64,000 bases of DNA from Octopus sinensis. Taxonomy: Eukaryota. The notes under the pieces were generated by a model, which had not been told where the DNA came from, did no database searches, and worked only from the letters and a program-made list of their open reading frames with translations. Of this stretch, positions 40,720 to 54,736 are shown one piece after another. Position numbers and translations under genes: made by a program. The stretch spans positions 155,620,001 through 155,684,000 of the forward strand of contig NC_043000.1 in the NCBI RefSeq assembly GCF_006345805.1, given 5' to 3'. The stretch's first letter is position 1; the number at the start of each line of letters is the position of its first letter.

Positions 40720-41334
40720 TGTATGTATGTATGTATGTATGTATGTATGTATGTATATATGTATATGTATATATATGTATTATGTATGTATGTATGTATG
40801 TATGTATTATGTATTATGTATGCATGTATGTATGTATTATGTATGTATGTATGTATGTATATATGTCTGTATGTATGTATGTATGTATGAATGTATGTAT
40901 GTATGATTGTATTATGTATGTATGTATGTATGTATGTATGTATGTATGTATGTATGTATGTATGAATGTATGTATGTATGTATGTATGTATGTATGTATG
41001 TATGTATGTATGATTGTATTATGTATGTATGTATGTATGTATGTATGTATGTATATATGTATGTATGTATGTATGCCTGTATGTATGTATGTATGTATGT
41101 ATGTATGCCTGTATGTATGTATGTGTGTATGTATGTATGAATGTCTGTCTGTCTGTCTGTCTGTATGTATGTATGTATGTATGTGTGTATGTATGTATGT
41201 ATGTATGTATGTGTATGTATGTATGTATGTATGTATGTATGCATGTATTATGTATGTGTGTATGTCTGTATGTATGTCTGTATGTATGTATGTATGTGTG
41301 TGTGTGTATGTATGTATGTATGTATGTATGTATG

Positions 41335-41365
<31 letters not shown>

Positions 41366-41687
41366 ATATGTATGTATGTATTATGTATGTGTGTATATAT
41401 GTATGTATGTATGTATATATGTATGCATGCATGCATGTATGTATGTATGTATGTATGTATGCATGTATGTATGTATGTATGTATGTATGTATGTATGTGT
41501 GTGTGTGTATGTATGTATGTATGCATGCATGCATGTATGTATGTATGTATGTATGCATGTATGTATGTATGTATGTATGTATGTATGTATGTATGTATGC
41601 ATGTATGTATGTATGTATGTATGTATGTATGTATGTGTGTATGTATGTATGTCTGTATGTATGTATGTATGTATTTATGTATGTATG

Positions 41688-41718
<31 letters not shown>

Positions 41719-41825
41719 ATTTGTATGTATGTATTATGTATGTGTGTATATATGTATGTATGTATGTATGTATATATGTATGCATGTATTATGTATGTGT
41801 GTATATATGTATGTATGTATGTATG

Positions 41826-41859
<34 letters not shown>

Positions 41860-41869
41860 TGTATGTATG
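40690..41869. repeat. ~1.2-kb (TATG)n array with variant blocks
   Basis: Direct reading; it is the source of the 436-aa YVCM ORF. Confidence 0.97.
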
Positions 41870-41893
41870 GGAATGTGTGTGTATGCGTGTGTG

Positions 41894-42136
41894 TATTCTT
41901 TTATTCTTTTATTTGTTTCAGGCATTGGACTGCGGCCATGCTGGAGCACCGCCTTTAGTCGAACAGAGTGACCCCAGGATTTATTCTTTGTAAGTCTAGT
42001 ATTTATCCTATCGGTCTCTTTTGCCGAAGCGCTAAGTTACGGGGGACGTAAACACACCAACATCGGTTGTCAAGTGATGGTGGAAGGACAAACACAGGTA
42101 CGCACACACACATGTGTGTGTGTGTGTGTGTGTGTG
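41894..42136 (-). mobile_element. CORE-type SINE, 3' half
   Basis: Tail and body match 57071-57477. Confidence 0.85.
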
Positions 42137-43193
42137 TAAGAAAATATTCTATAGGATATGTTATTGTATTGCCAATATACTAACTACACATTTGACTCCG
42201 CTATAGGACACGCATTTTGCTAATGGCGTTTCATTTGTTCATCGTCTAACCATTTCTGATCAGGCAAACAGATTATTGACGATATTCCATCCGTGATCAT
42301 CCCATCGTCTCAAATCTGGTACATTTCAGGCTATTGTATCCTTCCTGTATTTCTGAACGATAGGGTAGGAGTCGAGAAAGATCAGGCCTATATTTGTATC
42401 AGTCAGTATGGTGCCGTGGAAACTCACCACTCCGTGTGCGTTTATGTGTGTGTGTGTGTGTGTGCGTTGTATACGTATGTATTTAGGTGGGTTTCCATAT
42501 TCATGCACAGGATGAATGGATAAATTGTTCGTTTCACAATGATAAAGTTCTGTGCACGGTCACGGTCCTACCGTGAGACATTTTAGAACATAGACATTTA
42601 TTAAAGATTCGGCTCCACCCAAGTTTAGCAGCCAGTGGGTAGGACAATGGGTAGGACAATACATAGAATTCAAAGAGCCACCCTTGTCACATATCCTGTC
42701 ATACTGGTTTTCTCTAAGCGAATTACATAAAGGATACCTATGAAAAAGGAATACTCAGATGCTTACATTGGATGGGTTATTCCATCCTCAAAAACCGACG
42801 AAGATCCATTGACTTGCATGTTTCTGCATTCAAAAGGTTTATGTGTCTGTATGTCAGATTCTCGCTTACATCAGAGTTATTAGAATTCATACAAAATATA
42901 GATACAATTTTATATGGATGCATGAATGCGACATGTCCTACGTTTATATAATCTTCGTGTGAATTTATGGAAATTCTTAATATCTCTGTTCATGCTCAAA
43001 CGTGCATTGGATTACATATGCGCATCTATGCACACGCAGATATTCGTTACGCACATGAATCTTTATAAGTGTGATCCATATGTGTGCGTTTGTGTGTGTG
43101 GGAGTGTGTTAGCGCGCACTCGTGCATATATGTATTGTGTGTGTGCGTGTGCGTGTGTGTGTATGTGAGTGTGTGTGCGCGTGTGTGTATGTA

Positions 43194-43225
<32 letters not shown>

Positions 43226-43344
43226 CGCATACATACATACATATTTATTTACATCTGTATTCACGTATAAACGCACACATACAGACATGCACATATGTAG
43301 ACAATAACCTACCTATCTATATGCATAAATAACGTAAGTATACA

Positions 43345-43379
43345 TACATATATATAGATGTGTATACATACGCACACAC

Positions 43380-43412
<33 letters not shown>

Positions 43413-43786
43413 CATACATACATACGTACATGCATGCATAGATACATACATACATTCATACATACATACATACATACATACATTCATACATACATACATT
43501 CATACATACATACATACATACATACACACATACATACACATATACATACATACACATACATACATACATACATACACACATTCATACATACATACATACA
43601 TACATACATACATACATACATACATTCATACATTCATACATACATACACACATGCATACATACATACACACACATACGTACACACATACATACATACATA
43701 CATACATTCATACATACATACACACACTCACACACACATACATACATACATACATACATACATACATACGTACATACATACATTCA

Positions 43787-43816
<30 letters not shown>
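43345..43816. repeat. (CATA)n array
   Basis: Direct reading; opposite orientation to 40690-41869. Confidence 0.95.
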
Positions 43817-43817
<1 letters not shown>

Positions 43818-44383
43818 CTACGTGCGTGTATGCTTGCTTGCATAATAAATCCATGTGCAAGGGAGTAAACAATATGTTTCTAATTGTTCCAGGGTGTTCC
43901 TTGTATGTATGTATGTATTCTGGTTTGTGTGTTACACGAGTTCTTCCGTTACAGCAACCAATGCATTTGAAATTCCCTTCTTGCAACTAATATCAACGAG
44001 GCAGAAGAAACGTTGTCATGTTTTTGCTTCAGGAAGTTGCGTTTAGCTTACCTTAGGGTTTAATAGAACATCCAAGTACGTGAACAATAAATCTATATAT
44101 CCGTGTTTTAGTTGTCGATTGCAGGGTGTGGTTTATCTGTTATCATCGTATCAGTTACATCGTATAATTTCACTTGCAGTTGGTAGTGTGTTCTGTATAA
44201 GGTATTTGGGTGAGGGGTGGGGGGTAAAATCAAAACGGTCAATTCAATGCAAATGGGGAATTCGACACTGGAAAATTTTCAAATGGGCGTTACCTCCTAT
44301 TGCTTGTTTCAGAAATCCTCTTTCGATCTTTCGTATACATACAAACAAACATACATACATACATACATACATACATACATACA

Positions 44384-44465
<82 letters not shown>

Positions 44466-44541
44466 ATAGAAAGAGAGAGAGGAGAAGAGGGGGAGAGAGA
44501 GGGAGAATATTTATATATATCATATACTATTGCTGCTGCGG

Positions 44542-44611
<70 letters not shown>

Positions 44612-44613
<2 letters not shown>

Positions 44614-45262
44614 TCTACTGTAGGTACAAGAACTGAAATTTCGAGGGAAAAAGGTACGTCGATTACATTGACCCCAGTACACAACTGGTACACATTTTAT
44701 CGACCCCGAAGGATGAAGGCAAAGTCGACCTCATCGGAATTTGAGCTCAGGACGGAAAAACGGATGAAATGCTGCTAAGTCTTTAGCCCGATAATAATAA
44801 TAGTAATAATAATAATAATCCTTTCTACTATAGGCACAAAGCCTGAAATTTGGGGGAGGGTGTTAGTCGATTACATCGAACCCAGTGTTTCACTAGTACT
44901 TAATTTATCAACCCCGAAAGAATGAAAGGTGAAGTCGGCCTCGGCGGAATTTGAACTCAGAACGTAGCGGCAGACGAAATTACGCTAAGCATTTCACCCA
45001 GCCTGCTAACGCTTCTGCCAGCTCTTCGCCTTAATAATAATAATAATAATAATAATAATGATGATGATGATGATAATAATAATAATAATGATAATAATAA
45101 TAATAATAATAATAATAATAGTTATAATAATTTCAAACTTTGCCACAAGGGCAGCAATTTTAGGGGAGGTAATGAGTCAATTACATCGACCCCAGTTTTC
45201 AACTGGTAATTATCTTATCGTCCCTGAAAGGATGAAAGGCAAAGTCAACCTTGGCGGAATTT
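44612..45262 (-). mobile_element. Three tandem Nin/Deu-like tail-B SINEs separated by (AAT)n
   Basis: Units at ~44612-44790, 44820-45031 and 45131-45262, each abutting an AAT run at its 3' end. Confidence 0.85.
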
Positions 45263-45265
45263 ATT

Positions 45266-45378
45266 GGCGGGTGCGGTCTCTTCCATAAAGTTGGATACAT
45301 TAGCAGCGTTTTAGGCAAACTCAGTTGACACAAGTCGATATCATGCAGAATACCTGGAAGCATAAAAGTTTCTTAAAT

Positions 45379-45383
<5 letters not shown>
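45266..45383 (+). mobile_element. ~118-bp unclassified element ending in (AAT)n, copy 1
   Basis: Matches 53908-54027. Confidence 0.7.
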
Positions 45384-45415
<32 letters not shown>

Positions 45416-45428
45416 TAATAATAATAAA

Positions 45429-45490
<62 letters not shown>

Positions 45491-46029
45491 TGATGAGGAG
45501 GAGGAGGAGGAGGGTGATGATGATGAGAATAATAATAACAACAAGAGGACCAACAACTACGAGAACAGAATGACGATGACGATGCCAAAAACGTCGAGGA
45601 CAACGACGACGACGACGATTATGGTGATAATTTTGTTTTAAGTTCGTTGAATTTTGTTTGATCGAAATGTCGATATCGAATTGAAATGCTATCTTTGGGG
45701 TTGAGGTCGTAGCGAGATAGTAAGGTCACAGCCACATTGAAGAGGACAGGAACCAGGACACACAGCTTTGTTTAACACCGACTTGAACGTTGAAGTAATC
45801 AGATTGATCACCACCCAATGTCACACGTGCTTGCATGCCGTCATGGAACTGAGACCATAACATATTAATCAAACAAATACCTCGTCCCAGATATGAATAG
45901 TAATTAAAATTTTCTATGTAAAACTCAAGAATTTAGTACACGGTTTCAAAACATAGACGATAATTTATCTTTTCCCTATTTTACATTTAAATGTTCTAAA
46001 AGTATTGTTGTATTTCAGGATGGTCATTT

Positions 46030-46975
46030 TTATGTTTGCTTTTTTTTTTGACAAATAAACAGCTGCACTATATATTTGTTCTTCATTCGTTTATTACTGT
46101 TCTATTTTTTATTTATTTACCTCATGTCCATTGTCCGAAAATCTTTCGTCACACATCTGTGACCTCTTCAGCGACATTTTTCGTTTTCGTGTGTGCTCTT
46201 GTTCCGCTTACGCCATTCTGTTCTTCCAAGATGTGCATCCTTATGGGCGCATGCGTTTGCGTCGGTGTTTGTGTGTGTATGTTTGTGTGTGTGTCATTGT
46301 CCTTAGCAGCAGTATGACCTTCCCCTCAACCCCAACTTCTCACCCCTTTGTGCTGCTGCTGACCTAACACCCGAAAATTTGGTACAGTTCCTCTATCTCT
46401 CTGTGTTTGTGTGTTCGCCCACGGTGTTGCCATCGTGGTAGTTGTTGTTGGTGTAGTTATTGCCATCGTAGTCGCCACCGCTACTGCTGTCGTTATTATT
46501 CGTGTTGTTGATATTCTTGTGGCCGTCCGTGAAATTTCTTGCGTGTGTGCATGAGTTCGCTTCGTAGGGTTGTTTGTATCCGTGCCCTTTATAGAAATTT
46601 ATTTATTTATATATTTTATCTATATTTCTTTTATTTATCACAAGTTCTTGACAAATATATTTATTTATTTATCTATTTATTTATTTATGTATTATTTTTT
46701 ATCATTCTGTATTTCTTATATGTATCACAGGTAAGTGCATATATGTCTATTGTGCGTATATTACCCTGTATGTATCTATGTATTATTTACGATTTTTCTC
46801 TCTCTTCTCTTCTCATCTGTCTTTAGTCATATGTGTAGTGTGGTAGTGTGTGTTACAGTCCTATTCGTGTTTTCTATTGAGGTTCGGTCTGTCTACTGCT
46901 ATGTGTGTAGCCTCTGTGATCTGTCTAAGTGTCCCGTTAGTTCTATATGTCACTAGGAAATCTTGCGACACAAAT
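46030..46975 (-). mobile_element. Possible decayed Penelope-like 3' end
   Basis: Minus translation TLRQITEATHIAVDRPNLNRK resembles the GIY-YIG C-terminal R.i.EA..I....P.lN motif; ctgaagaggtcacaga..gacgaaag resembles PLE termini. Confidence 0.35.
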
Positions 46976-47544
46976 TGATAAACCTAATGTTCTAAAAGTG
47001 CTCTACCAGTATCTACAATCATACTGGAGACAACTATATTTTATTGAACATGTATAGACAATGCCATTATCAAAATGTCTTATTTCGAAAAATCATACCT
47101 TTAAAAAAATAACCAACTTAATTTTTTTTTTCTTTTCTAAAACATTCACGCATTACACTCTGTGGAAATATAAATTTTTATAAATTCGAAATATATTCAA
47201 ATATTATAAAATTTAGCTGCTCGGTTTATAAAGCATAAAATCTGAATACTTTTAAAATATAAAGAAATTTAGATATAAAACAATAAATTGTGTGGGAGAC
47301 AGAGATTAAAGAAAAACTGAACAAGATATAAAATCTCAGTGACGTGAGCAACTGGCAACGTTTTAGTGCCTCACACTAACTCTCCTGCCTAACTTATCAA
47401 TTTCAACAGCCACTCTCTTTACACACGTTTATTTGAATCATTCTTGTTTTACTCCAAAAGGTGGGTTGCATCTGGGTTTCCAGCGAAATTGTATAAAGAC
47501 AAACGGACAAATGCCGACGCTTATAAAGATTAATTTATTTGGTA

Positions 47545-47928
47545 CTAGCAGTATCGCCCGGCGTTGCTCGGGTTTAAATAAGCATTTTTAGAGAGTTATA
47601 GCCTAAAAATAGCAAAAAAATGCATTAAAAATGGAAAAGAAATTATGGTAAATTTTTTTTTAAATCGTTGACTCATCGTAGACATTTTTAGAGAGTTACT
47701 TCCCTTATATAATAGCGAAAAAAATGCATTAAAATGAAAAAAAATTATGGTAAATTGTTTTTAAAATCGTAGACTCATCGTAGACGCGCGCTAATACCCA
47801 GACAGGCTCGATATGAATCACGATTATAAAATACCCGGTTTTGGTTAAACTGCACCGCAAAATGTGGGAGTAGTTAGGAATCTAAATCGTAGGAGACAGA
47901 CACACAACTTCACTTTTATATATAAAGA
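47545..47928 (-). mobile_element. Non-autonomous Helitron, family 1, copy 3
   Basis: A|TC...CTAG|T termini; small deletion next to the hairpin. Confidence 0.9.
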
Positions 47929-48326
47929 TAACCACATTGGAGGATGTTTTTTGCGGTTTTATCTCATAGAACTAAGTACAGACTTGGTGTGAGGTATCTA
48001 GGCAGCATAAAGTACGACGCTTGAATGTGGAATATATGCACATTGTTCATTTTCAGATGTGTTTGTGTTTTCATTTTATATCTTGTTATATTTTGTCGTT
48101 ACTGTATTTTAACTATCCTATGAAGTAGTGAAACAATAACTTTGATTTATAAGGTACGCCATAGAATACCAGATGACAGTGAATACAACACTGCTTGACA
48201 TTTTGGTTGTAGTTTTATATTTATGTTGTTAGGAAAGGAGAAGACATGAGTGTTTTTTCCTCTCGCTTCGTAACTATTATGTATCTATTACACTGAGTAA
48301 TGGAATATTTAAATCTTTATATTTTA

Positions 48327-48725
48327 CTAGCAGTAACGCCCGGCGTCGCTCGGGTTTGTAAGGGAAATAACTATATAAGCATTTTTAGAGAGTTATAGCC
48401 AAAAAATAGCAAAAAAATGCATTAAAAATGGGAAAAAAAGTGATGGTAATTTTTTTTTTAAATCGTTGACTCATCGTAGACATTTTTAGAGAGTTACTTC
48501 CCTTATATAATAGCGAAAAAAATGCACTAAAATGGAAAAAATGATGGTAATCTTTTTTTTAAATCGTAGACTCATCGTAGACGCGCGCTAATACCCAGAA
48601 GGGTATATGAATCACGACTATAAGATACCCGGTTTTGGTTAAACTGCACCGCAAAATGTGGGAGTAGTTAGGAATCTAAATCGTATGAGACAGACAGCAC
48701 ACAACCTCTCTTTTATATATAAAGA
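48327..48725 (-). mobile_element. Non-autonomous Helitron, family 1, copy 4
   Basis: A|TC...CTAG|T termini; ~400 bp from copy 3. Confidence 0.9.
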
Positions 48726-49103
48726 TTATACTCTCAGTTTACAGAAGACTGTTACAGGTGAATTGGTAGATTTCCACAGTATCGAACTGGTTGAATCTAT
48801 AGTTGACTTGTCTTCGATACTATTTCCATTATGTTAAGTTCGTAATTTGCTCAGTTCTTTTAATTACCAAATCAGTTTAAATATTACTGATTGAGCTCAT
48901 TCGCTTTTCAGGAGATTAATTAGCTTTCATTTAGGCTTCTCTATAAAGTTATTATCGTAATTCTCGAGTATTAAATACGACTTCCGTAAGTTAAGGGGTT
49001 CAATACAGTTTTCTATAACGGTATGACTGAACCTTTTGTCTCGTTATTTACTTGTATGTAATAGGGGTTGCTTTTCTCATTTGAATGCATTGTTTTATCT
49101 AGT

Positions 49104-49488
49104 GTGGAGGCGCAATGGCCCAGTGGTTAGGGCAGCGGACTCGCGGTCATAGGATCGCGGTTTCGATTCCCAGACCGGGCGTTGTGAGTGTTTATTGAGC
49201 GAAAACACCTAAAAGCTCCACGAGGCTCCGGCAGGGGATGGTGGTGATCCCTGTTGTACTCTTTCACCACAACTTTCTCTCACTCTTACTTCCTGTTTCT
49301 GTTGTACCTGTATTTCAAAGGGCCGGCCTTGTCACTCTCTGTGTCACGCTGAATATCCCCGAGAACTACGTTAAGGTTAAACGTGTCTGTGGAGTGCTCA
49401 GCCACTTACACGTTAATTTCACGAGCAGGCTGTTCCGTTGATCGGATCAACCGGAACCCTCGTCGTCGTAACCGACAGAGTGCTTCCA
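49104..49488 (+). mobile_element. tRNA-derived SINE (gtggaggcgc head, long tail), full length
   Basis: 10-bp TSD tttatctagt (49094-49103 / 49489-49498). Confidence 0.92.
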
Positions 49489-49987
49489 TTTATCTAGTAA
49501 TGGTTTACTCCGAACATTTCCTTCAAAATCGTATTGGCTTATGTGGTTGCTAGAAAATTTAAGGAATTAAATGCATTTTTAACACATTTCGAAAATTATT
49601 AGTGTGGTTATTGGATTTAACGTGATTCTCAGTTTAACCAAAAGGAAATGTCTATGTTTGTTTTATCCCACTGCTTCACATAGATATCTGTTCGTATTTT
49701 ATCGGCCATTTTAAATTGTCGTTTGTGGAAGGCTTCACACGTTGAACCGAATAAAGTTATATGGCTTCAGCCGAACAGAATAATTACACTCTATCATATA
49801 CATTGAGTACTTGTATTTTCCCTACTGTTTCTTACTGCCAACTTGTACTTAAGTATCTATAAAATAGAATATAATAGAATAGAATAGATAGTTAGATAGA
49901 TAGACAGACAGATATGGATTAAAACAAAGGGAACGGGTGATAGATTATTTTGGTTTTCTTTCACTTCACAAACCACTTTCATTTTCC

Positions 49988-50032
<45 letters not shown>

Positions 50033-50142
50033 CCCATCTCTCACCCTCCCTTCTTTGTTCTTTGTTCTCTTCAAATTCCATTTCGATGAACTTCTTTCCA
50101 ACATAATGTGACGGAATAGATTTTTAGCAGGATTGACGTTGA

Positions 50143-50173
<31 letters not shown>

Positions 50174-50389
50174 TGTGTGTGCGTGTGCGTGCGTGCGTGT
50201 GAACTGCAGACTCCGATTTTTTTTTCCTTCTTTTTCATTATTCATCTCCGCTGCGATTTCTTAAATTTTTTTTTTCCTCTTTATTTATTAATCTTTTTTA
50301 TCTTTTCTTTCCTTTTCTTTTTACTAATTCTTCTTTGTGTTGTCGTCATCAACACCCCGAACACCAACAACATCATGATCCTTAACATC

Positions 50390-51530
<1,141 letters not shown>

Positions 51531-51751
51531 GTTATTAGAAGTAACATGCACTTTCATTTCACATTCTTGCTTCCCGGTTATTCTAAAACGCTTGTATGCA
51601 CATTAATGGTTCTCGAAGTCGGTAACCCCGCACAGTCACAAACAAATATGCACAATGCCTACACAATGGACATACAAATATATATATATGGCGGTGCCCC
51701 AGCATGGCCACAGCTCGTGAGCTGAAACTAGATAAAATAAATATATATATC

Positions 51752-51995
51752 GTGGCACTCCGTCGGTTACGATGGCATGGGTTCCACCCTGCACGTGAAG
51801 CTAACGTGCAAGTGGCTGAGCACTCTACCCTTAACGTAGTTCTCGGGGAGATTCAGCGTGACACAGTGTGTGACAAGGCTGGCCCCTTTGAAATACTGGT
51901 ACAACAGAAACAGGAAGAAAGAGTGAGAGAAAGCTGTGGTGAAAGAATACAGCAGGGTTTGCCCCTCCCATTCCGCCGAAGCCTCGTGGAGATTC
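51752..51995 (-). mobile_element. 5'-truncated copy of the long-tail SINE
   Basis: Body and tail match 24110-24494 with a small internal deletion. Confidence 0.8.
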
Positions 51996-53290
51996 AATGT
52001 TCTTAGACAGAAAGTTGATCTCCGTCGTTGCTTAATCAACTGAACTGCTTGTTCATTAAATTACCGTGTAATTTTTTTCCCCCAGACACGTGCACTCTTA
52101 CTGTAATCCTCGAGAAGATACAGAGTGTATCAACGTTTTATTTTAATATTTTAGTTAGGAAAAAGCAACGAACTGACTGAGTCATTACTGCACCGGATAG
52201 AATATTTTGCATCATTTCTTCAGGCTTTTTAAACTTTTTAGTTCAAGCGCTGCTGAGGTTGACTTTGCTTTTAATTCTCTTGGTATCGTTAAAATAAGTA
52301 CCAGTTGAGCACGGTAGTCGGTGTAATCGACATCCGCTTGCTTCAGAATTGCTAATCTCGTGCCAAAATTAGATATATTTTAGTCAGCATGGAATTTCTT
52401 CAGCAACAATACTTGCTTTGGCTTTCTTTTTTTTTTGGGGTGGGGGGTTCTCTTAAAGTCAAAGCGATGATGGATGTCTCCTAGACCAAATTCTGTCCCT
52501 CGGATAACTGGTGTTGTTACTAATGTTCGCGATACCGTGTCTTTCATCATTATTTGTGCCCTGTAAGTGACTGCTATTTATTTTGTTATTCTCAAAAAAA
52601 AATAACAAAGAACGTTCGTCCGTCCTTTAAGTTGACTTTTGCTTACTCTTTTACTCTTTTACTTGTTTCATTCATTTGACTGTGGCCATGTGATCGGTTC
52701 AAGTTTTCTTTCCAACAAAGAAGAAAACGATTCTAGCCAAATCATTTCATTTCATAAAAACTAGATTGTACTGTAGAGTAAACTGTTAATTAAAGACAGA
52801 GCAAAAATATGAGGCTTTTAAATTTACTCCCGTTATTTACGTCTTATTAAAAAAGAAAAAAAAACAAGCGAAGGAGCCTCTACACGGTCGCTTAATTCGA
52901 TCGAAACAGAAGCGAAATCTCCCATAAATGGCATCTTACCTTTTCGAAAAGTGAAGGGTATGTTGGTTAAAGTAATCTTAGAAAATGTATGAAAACAATT
53001 GGCAGAATGACACGGTAAGAACACCTTTGAATATATGTGTGCTAAATAAGACTGACTTTGAGTTTTACAGCAAAAAAGAGCAACACGTGCCAGCATTATA
53101 AATTCCTATATTCCTTCGTAAGAAGTAAATAGGAATTATTCTTCATTAATGGATGCCATCGTTTAAGAATTTTTAAACAAATACAAGAAAAGCAGAGTAA
53201 AAATTTAAAATATTTGTAGTAGCTAAATTCCAAAATGTCTTTCTAATTAAAATCTTGCCCGTTGTTGCTTAAACAAGGTTTGCACCGGGA

Positions 53291-53421
53291 TCTTCTTCTT
53301 CTTCTTCTTCTTCTTTTTCTCTTCCTTCGTCTCTTCTTCTTCTTCTTCTTCTTCTTCTTCTCTTCTTCTTCTTCAATCATCATCTTCTTCTTTCTTCTCT
53401 TCTTCTTCTTCTTCTCTTCTT

Positions 53422-53450
<29 letters not shown>
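53291..53450. repeat. (TTC)n tract
   Basis: Direct reading. Confidence 0.95.
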
Positions 53451-53452
<2 letters not shown>

Positions 53453-53907
53453 TCTATTATTATTATTATCATTCTTTCTATCATTATTATATTCTTATTT
53501 TTATTATTATTATTATTCCATTTTACACATATTTAGTCGCCATCGATTTTCATTAATTTTTTTTTTGTTTTGTGTTTTCTTAAATGAAAAAAAAAAAAAG
53601 AAAAGAAAGAAAAAGAAGAAGAAATTTCACAGTAATATAACAGTATGACAGACATAACGAGACTACGAAATATGGCGGAAAATACAATTTTCGGCGGGAG
53701 AAAAGAAGAAAAAAAAAATGAAATGAAGTCTCTAACTTAATATAGGTTATGGATAAAAAAAAATACAAAAATTAAAAACAAAAAAAAGAATCAATACACG
53801 TTTTTTATGTACTTTTCTTTTTTGTCAGTAAATTTGTTCGGATTGGCGGATAAGAGCGGTGACGTGTGTCAGTTGGTAGTTTGTCTTTTTGGGGTTTTTT
53901 TTTGTTA

Positions 53908-54027
53908 GGTGGGTGGGGCTTCTTCCATTAAAGTTGGATACATCAGCAACGTTTTAGACAAACTCAGTAGACAAAAGTCGATATGACGCAGAATACCTGG
54001 AAGCATAAAAAGTTTCTTAAATACATT
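53908..54027 (+). mobile_element. ~118-bp unclassified element ending in (AAT)n, copy 2
   Basis: Matches 45266-45383. Confidence 0.7.
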
Positions 54028-54028
54028 C

Positions 54029-54067
<39 letters not shown>

Positions 54068-54069
54068 GT

Positions 54070-54472
54070 AAGGAAGAAGAGAAGAAGAAGAAGAAGAAAA
54101 GACAAGAAGAGGGAAGTAGTAGGACGAGAAAGAAAAGAAGAAGAGATAGAGAAGAAGAAGAGAAGAAGAAGAAGAACAAAGAAGAAGACGAAGAAGAAAA
54201 GAAGGAAGAAGAAGAAAGTAGAGAAGAAGAAGAGAAGAAGAAGAAGAAGAAGAAGAAGAAGAAGAAGAGAAGAAGAAGAAGAAGGAGAAGAAGAAGAAGA
54301 AGAGAAGAAGAAAGAAGAAGAAGAAGAAGAAGAAGAAGAAGAAAAAGAAAGAAAAGAAAAGGAAGAAGAAGAAAAAGGAAAAAGAAGAAGGAAAAGAAAA
54401 GAAGAAGAGAAGAAGAAGAAGAGAAAAGATAAAGAAGAAGAAAAGAAAGAAGAAGAGGAAAAAGAAGAAGAA
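54070..54472. repeat. (GAA)n-rich purine tract
   Basis: Direct reading. Confidence 0.95.
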
Positions 54473-54703
54473 TTTGCTGTCTAAAAATGTTTTGCTGGTT
54501 AATGCTGATCTGAGCTTTCTCTGGTTGGTGGCAAATTAAGACTGCACACCAGGCAATAATCGTATATAAAGTATTGGAGTGGTGAAGAAGAAGAGACTTC
54601 TCCGAGCGAAATCTAATAGCTACAACAGTAACAACTACGACAGCAATATTGATGATATTACAACTGGTTGAAGTAAAAACGGTATAATGATACCACCACA
54701 ACC

Positions 54704-54736
<33 letters not shown>

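Noticed and set aside
40683-41993. 436-aa ORF and overlapping YVCM/HTYI ORFs
   Set aside because: Translation of (TATG)n, which has no stop codons in several frames; no complexity or splice context.
44612-45262. Regularly spaced repeats superficially like a CRISPR array
   Set aside because: They are ~200-bp eukaryotic SINE units with microsatellite spacers; no cas genes.
53983-54701. Lys/Glu/Arg-rich and Phe/Leu-rich ORFs
   Set aside because: Products of the (GAA)n tract.
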